The notes beneath the pieces are model-generated. The model was not told where the DNA came from. It saw only the letters and a program-made list of their open reading frames with translations, and searched no databases. Made by a program: the position numbers and the translations under genes. DNA of 64,000 bases from Centroscyllium fabricii (Eukaryota): contig JBNRSN020000002.1 in the NCBI GenBank assembly GCA_051313645.2, forward strand, positions 342,984,001 through 343,048,000. The letters are read 5' to 3'. Positions 57,324-64,000 of this stretch are shown piece by piece (positions within the stretch are counted from its first letter, which is position 1; every line of letters starts with the position of its first letter).

Positions 57324-57633
57324 TGTGGAAAAGCTTTAACAATATTTGCTTCCTGCCACTCCTAGCTCCGTGACAACTGTGACAAAATATATATATGTTC
57401 ATCAGCCTGTGTTTTCACCTGGACTTACCTGTAATGTGAGTGCATCTACCGCCCACCTTTCTATTGTATATATTGGGCTCCGCCCCTGTCTTTTGCCTTA
57501 TAAAGGACTCCAGAACTGTATGAGTCATTAGACCTGGAGAACTCAGTGTGGGATCATGTACCACAGTTCTTAGCTATTAAAAGCCTACCTTTTAGTTCTT
57601 AAACCTCTCGTTTGTGTTATTGATGGCCCATCA
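57324..57633 (+). mobile_element. Solo LTR related to Gypsy element A
   Basis: TGTGG...CATCA ends; TATAAAGG at 57499; GTTCTTAGCTATTAAAAGCCT at 57566-57586 versus GTTCTTAGCGAATAAAAGCCT in element A; TSD degenerate. Confidence 0.7.
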
Positions 57634-58204
57634 ACTACGTTAGTGAAAGCCTATTTCCAAAGATTATGGGCAAAAAATTGAGTTGCACCCCCTTCACCAG
57701 GGCGTTACTTTTAGCGCCCTGGAAAAATGAACACCCCTACAACCAAAATTGAGTGGTAACGCTCCAAGAGGGAAGCGGGGCGCTGCTGGAAGCCCCGCCT
57801 CCCTCTCGGGGCGGTGCGAGGGAATATCGCGGTGCTATGTGCCGCAGTATTGCAGGCCTTCCTCCCCTTCTTAAAGGGGAGAGGCCTTGCGTAGTGCAAC
57901 CCGGGGCCCAGCTGGGCCCCCGGGGATCGGGAATGCCAGCTAAAGAACCCAGCACTCAGGAGAAGTGCCAGGATTTTGGAGCACAGAGGGAACTCCGCGG
58001 TGGAGGCGGGTCAGGAGGCCGGGGATGGGAGCGGAGGCAGGTGCTGGCAGGCGGCCAGCAACAAAAATGGCTGCTCGGCACCTCGCCTTTAAATCACACC
58101 ACCCCAGCTGCAGGTAGGCCCCCCTGACCCCATCGGACACAGCGTCCGGCGGTAAGTCGGGGGGCGCTACCGAATATCGCAGCCGGGGCGCTGCACACGG
58201 TTTG

Positions 58205-61200
58205 GCTCTAATTTTTGGACTATGCCCTTTAGTCCTAGAATCTCCAACCAGCGGAAATAGATTCTCCCTTTCTGCCCTATCTCTTCCCTTAATACCTTGA
58301 AAACTTAGATCAAAACACCCCATAATCTTCTAAATTCTAGGGAATACAACCCTAATTTGTGTAATCTCTCCTTGTAACTTAACCCTTGGTAAACCTACAC
58401 TGCACTCTCCCTCCAGGGCCAATATATCCTTCCTGAGGTGTGGTGCCCAGAACTGCTCTCAGTACTCCAGGTGTGGTCTAACCAGAATTTTGTATAACTG
58501 CAGCATAACTTTTACCCCCTTGCATTCTAGTCCTCTAGATTTAAAGGCCAGCATTGCATTAACCTTTTTGATTATTTTCTGTACCTGTTCATGACATTTT
58601 AATGATCTATTTGGATGAGCACTTGAAATGCCACAGCATACAAGGCTACGAACCAAATGCGGGAAAATGGGAGTAGTATAGACTGGGATTGATGGGCGGC
58701 ACGGACGCGATAGGCCGAAGGGCCTCTTTCTGTGCTGTATTACTCTATGACTCTATGTACCTGGACCCTGAAGTCTCTTTGGACCCCCACTGTTTTTAGC
58801 CTTTCACCATTTAGAAAGTACCCTGTTTTATCTTTTTTACGTCCAAAGTGGATGACCTCACATTTGCCTACATTGAAATCCATTTGTCACAGTTTTGCCC
58901 ATTCACTTAGTCTGTCGATATCCCTTTGTAATTTTGTGCTTCCATTTGCGCTGCCTACAATTCCATCTATCTTTGTGTCATTGGCAAATTTGGATATATG
59001 ACTTTCTATGCCGTCATCTAAATCGTTAATAAATATTGTGAATAGTTGCGGCCCCAACACAGATCCCTGCAGGATACCACTAGTCACCTCCTGCCAATTT
59101 GAGTACTTGCCCATTATCCCTACTGCCTGTCTCCTGCCGCTCAGCCAATTTCCTAATCAGGTCAATAATTTGCCCTCAATTCTGTGGGCTTCTACCTTAG
59201 TTAACAGTCTATTATGTGGGGCTTTATCAAATACCTTCTGGAAGTCCATATAAATAACATCCATAGACATTCCCCTGTCCACTACTTTCGTCACCACTTC
59301 ACAAATTCAATCAGGTTTGTCAGGCATGGCCTACCTTTCACAAATCCATGCTGGCTCCCTTTGATCAACTGAAAAATTTTGAGGTGCTCAGTCACCCTAT
59401 CCTTAATTATAGACTCTAGCAATTTCCCAACAACAGATGTTAAGCTAACTGGTCTATAATTCCCTGGTTTCCCTCTCTCGCCATTTTTAAATAGCGAAGC
59501 GACATGCGCAATTTTCCAACCTAAAGGAACGGTTCCTGAATCGAGAGAACTTTGGAAGATTATAGTTAGGGTGTCTGCAATGTACTCACCTACTTCCTTT
59601 AACACTCTGGGATGGGAACCAGCTGCTCCTGGGGATTTGCCACTCTTTAGTGCCATCATTTTCTTCATTACTGTTGTTTTACTTACATTAATTTTGTTGA
59701 GTCCTTGTCCCTGATTGTCCGGCATGCCATCCTCTTCCTTTACTGTAAATACTGACGCAAAGTAATTATTCAACAAGTCCGCCATTTCCTTATTATCATT
59801 GATAATATCACCGCTTTCAGTTTTTAAGGGGTCAACATTGCTCCTGACTACCCTCTTTTTCCTAATATAATTGTAAAAAAAAATTGATTTTGATATCCCT
59901 TGCAAGTTTCCTTTCATATTCCCTTGTTGTTGTTCTTACAATCTGTTTTGTGACCCTTTACTTTTCTTTGTACCTACCCCATTTGCCAGGATCTGCACCA
60001 TTTTTTGCATTTTTGTATGCTTTTCTTTAATTTTATGCTGTCCCTTACCTCTTTAGTTGTCCATGGCTTTTTTTTAAGCAAATATAATTCTTGCCCCTCA
60101 GGGGTATAAACTAGTTCTGTATCACCTTAAATTATTTTTTGAACATCTCTCACTGATCTTCTGTCCAGGGAATAGGCTATTCTGGATCTGGTACTGTGTA
60201 ATGAGAAAGGGCTAATCAATAATCTTGTGGCAAAGGGGCCCTTTAGGGACAAGTGACCATAATATGATTGAATTTTACATTAAGTTTGAGAGTGATGTAG
60301 TCCAATCTGAAACTAAGGTCATCAGTCTAAAGAGAGGAAACTACAAGGGTATGAGGGACAAGTTGGCCATGGTAGATTGGGAGACTACACTAAAAGGTAT
60401 GAAGGTGGACATATAATGGCTAATATTCAAGGGAATAATGCATAATTTGCAACAAACATATATTCCTCTAGGGCATAAAAACCCAAAAGGAAAAATGATC
60501 CAACCATGGCTAACAAAATAATTTAAAGCTAGTATTAAGTCAAAGGAGGAAGCTTATAAAGTTGCCGGAAAAAGCGGTCAGCCTGAGGATTGGGATCTTT
60601 TTAGAAATCAGCAAAGGGCGACTAAGAAATTGATAAAGAAAGGGAAAATGGAATATGAGCACAAACTAGCAAAAAATATTAAAACGGATTGTAAATGCTT
60701 CTAAAGGTTTGTGAAAAGGAAAAGACTGGCAAAGGTAAATATAGGTCCTTTACAGTCAGAGATGGGAGAATTTATAATAGGGAATGATGATACAAAGCTA
60801 GGTGGCAGTGTCAGCTGTGAAGAGGATATGAAGAGGCTTCAAGGGGATCGCGACAGGCTCAGTGAGTGGGCAAGAACATGGCAGATGGAATATAATGTGG
60901 ATAAATGTGAAGTTATCCACTTTGGTAGAAAAAACAGAAAGGCAGAGTATTTCCTAAATGGTGAAAGATTGGGGAATGCAGATGCTCAAAGGGACCTGGG
61001 TGTCCTTGTATATGAGTCACTGAAAGTGAATGTGCAGGTGCAGCAAGCCATTAGGAAGGCAAATGGTCTGCTGGCCTTCATTACAAGAGGATTTTAGTAC
61101 AGGAGTGAAGAAATCTTATTCCAATTATATAGGGCCTTGGTGAGACCACACCTGGAGTACTGTGTACAATTTTGGTCTCCTTACCTAAGGAAGGGTATAC

Positions 61201-62203
61201 TTTCCTTCGATGGAGTGCAACGAAGGTTCACGAGATTGATTCCTGGGATGGTGGGACTGTCGTACAAGAAGCGATTGAGTAAATTAGGACCGTATTCTCT
61301 TGAATTCAGAAGAATGAGAGGGGATCTCATTGAAGCATACAAAATTATTACAGGGCTTGATAGGATGGATGCTGGGAGAATGTTTCCCTTGGCTGGGGAG
61401 TCTAGAACCAGGGGCCACAGCCTCAAGATAAAGGGTAGGCCATTCAGGACTGAGATGAGAAGAAATTTCTTCACGCAGAGGGTGGTGAATTTTTGGAATT
61501 CTCTACCCCAGATGGCTGTGGAGGCTCAGTCATTGGGTATATTCAAAGCAGAAGTCGATAGATTTCTGACTAGTAAGAGCATCAAGGAATATGGCGATAG
61601 GGCCGGTGAATGGAGTTGAGCCAGAAGATCAGCCATGATCTCATTGAATGGCAGAGCAGGCTCTAAGGGCCGAATAGCCTACTCCTGCTCCTATTTCTTA
61701 TGTCCTTATGTTTTACTCATTGGCAGATTTGCCTAGTTTACTGTGGACAGTCTCTGCCTCATCCCTTTGAAGTTGGCCTTACCCAAATCTAGAATCTTAG
61801 TAGCTGTTTCACGTTTCTCCCTTTCAAATGCTACGTTGAACTCGATCATGTTATGATCGCTATTGGATAAATGTTCGCACACTGTTAGGCTGTTAACTAA
61901 ATCTGGCTCATTACTCATTACTAAATCTAATATGGCATGCCCCCTTGTTGCCTCTAGGACATATTATAGAAAACTATCCCGGGCACACTCATGAAATTCA
62001 CTACCTTTCTGACAGGTGCTAGTCTGCATATCCCAATCTATATGAAAGTTAAAATTTCCCATTAAAACCACTCTGCCTTTACTACACACTTGTCTAATCT
62101 CTGCATTTATACAATCTAGCACTTCACAGCTGCTACCAGGGGCCTATACACAGTTCCCAATATAGATTTAAATTCTTTCCTATTTCTTAATTCTACATAT
62201 AAA
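58205..62203 (-). mobile_element. Degenerate CR1 (58205-60164 plus 61710-62203) with nested insertions
   Basis: RT and endonuclease fragments at 58459-58656, 58887-59114, 59291-59917 and 61733-61918; a short + strand CR1/SINE tail inserted at about 58620-58755. Confidence 0.82.
60165..61709 (+). mobile_element. CR1 with an internal deletion of the RT core
   Basis: Translation jumps from EFIIGN to DDTKLGG at about 60785; 3' UTR and tail intact. Confidence 0.88.
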
Positions 62204-64000
62204 GGGCTGGATTTTCATTGGGCCATGGAGGCGGGGTTGGAGGTATGTGGGGTGTTAAAATTACATAAACTGATGGGCGGGCCCAACCTCGCCTCCATCT
62301 TGCCTCCAAGCAATTTAAAATAATTTGTGCCTAGTGGCCCCGTCTCTGTCACGCCTCGAAGAGGCGGGATAGACCGTTAAGGACCTTAACAAGCACTAAA
62401 TTGCCTCTATAATGCCATTTTGAAAGGCCTTTGCGATTTTAACCCTTTTCCCACATGAAACACACCTGTTCTGAAACATGACAGTAAAACGACGGAAGCA
62501 CAATTGGATTGCTGACTATCAGCTGCAGGTCAACCATTAAAGAGGAGCTTTGATCAGTCATCATTTGCAGGTGGCAGGACTTTGTTGTCTCAGGTCTGGG
62601 GGAACTTTTAGAAGGCATAACCACAGCTGTAAAAGTTTGGATCCTGACACCCATCTCCAGTGTGACCTCCTGGGAAACCCCTCTCGTCACCTTCACTCAG
62701 CGCTTCCTCAACGGAGGCATATACCAGAAGCATGGGAGCCATTTATTTACTTTCCTCCTGGACATCAGATTCGGACGAAAGGCCATGGGGATCCATATCT
62801 GCACTGGCAGTCCTACTCAGCAGGACTTCCATGAAGGTCTGATTTCTCTGTTCAATAGATGACCATCGCTCCTCCAGAGATGTCATTCTATTCTGAACAC
62901 TCGCCATGTTTTCTGCACTCTGCCAACTTATCACCTCCATGGAGGTTGCCATTCTTTCCATGGTGATGCGTTCATGCGCCAATGACTCCACAAAGGCTCT
63001 GCTCATGTTTGCTATGGACTCCTCCATTCGATCCACAGTCGCAGTGACCCTGGAGACAAAACCTGCCAGAGACTCCTGCATCTGTTCCTGGAGTTCCAGC
63101 ACCACTGATCTTGTGGATGGACCCAGAGGTAGAGGTTCGACATGCAGCTGAGCCAAGCTGGCAGAGTCCTGCGCCCTCCGACTAGGACTCTCCACTGCTG
63201 TCCCTGTCTCCATAATCTGCTGATGTTCACTTGTGAGCTGTGATACACCAGGTGACAACACTACTCTATGTCCCGAAGGTCCCACCGAGGTGTGAGTGCG
63301 CTGGTGCTGGGTGCGCTTCATTTTGCTGATGCTGTGCCCTCAGAGGTTGCAGCTTCCTCTGAGGAGTCTTGATGTTCAGGCTCTTCCTCCTGGCTAGTGG
63401 GGATGGGTGCTTGCGATGGTCCTGTGGGGGAGTAAAGAAAAGAGTCAGAGATGTGATGCCAAGGTTACATGCACATTGCATATTGCAGATGATCAGAAGT
63501 CCATCTATTAGAGCTTCAGCATCATTATCAGTGACTCATGCAATGTCAATGAGAGAGATGGAAAACTATTCTGTCACTAGCTTGCTGTGATGCACCCGTC
63601 TGTCAGTCCCCCACTTGCACATCTTCCTCCACTCCTATGATCTCCAGGATCGCTTCCTCCCAGGGGGTGAGGTGGGCTACTGAGGGTGGCCCTCCTCCTG
63701 TCCTCGCTCTTTCTCTCTTATTGTGAACTCTGTTTTCCTGCAATGAGGGAGACAAGTGGAGGCTGAGTGTGAATAAAGGAGTGAATGTAGAGATTCCATA
63801 GCATAGATACTTATAAGGAGACAAAGATGGAGTGAGGTGGCAAGACCAGGGGCCCTCCCTGTGTGTTGCCAGTTGTTTTCATAGCATCACAGTGATAGGG
63901 AGTGTGAGGGCTGCATAGTTGAATAGTTAGGTGAATGTGACCATAGAGAGAGGGAATGGGTAAGCGTGCATAGATGTCAGTGTCAAGTGGGATGTGGAGG
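62204..64000 (-). mobile_element. Harbinger transposon remnant with a spliced Myb/SANT-like gene, running off the window
   Basis: Terminal GGGCTGGATTTT at 62204. A minus-strand exon from 63737 (cattgcag|) encodes ENRVHNKRERARTGGGPP...LTPWEEAILEIIG, typical of Harbinger Myb/SANT (NAIF1-like) proteins. The next acceptor is at 63421. Confidence 0.75.

Overview
Vertebrate genomic DNA, most likely from a shark or ray, judged by the CR1/HER1-type LINEs, HE1/V-SINE, Deu-SINE and the receptor sequence. The window lies inside a mineralocorticoid receptor gene (nr3c2, + strand). Two coding exons are present: the hinge/LBD helix 1-3 exon at 14833-15153 and the LBD helix 4-5 exon at 55595-55739. They are separated by a 40.4-kb intron made almost entirely of nested transposable elements. 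These include three full-length Ty3/Gypsy LTR retrotransposons (two lie upstream of the first exon), a 2-kb non-autonomous LTR element with a mini-gag ORF, solo LTRs, CR1, Rex1, Tx1-like, RTE and RTEX-like LINEs, Penelope-like fold-back remnants, SINEs, and hAT, Tigger and Harbinger-type DNA elements. A 31-bp satellite occupies the left edge. The most striking signal is in two related Gypsy elements that have no tRNA primer-binding site. At the PBS position each carries a perfect 15-nt complement of the AATAAA-containing segment of its own LTR, with compensatory changes between the two elements. This points to self-priming and/or masking of the 5' LTR poly(A) signal. All family names come from motif recognition by eye, not database searches.
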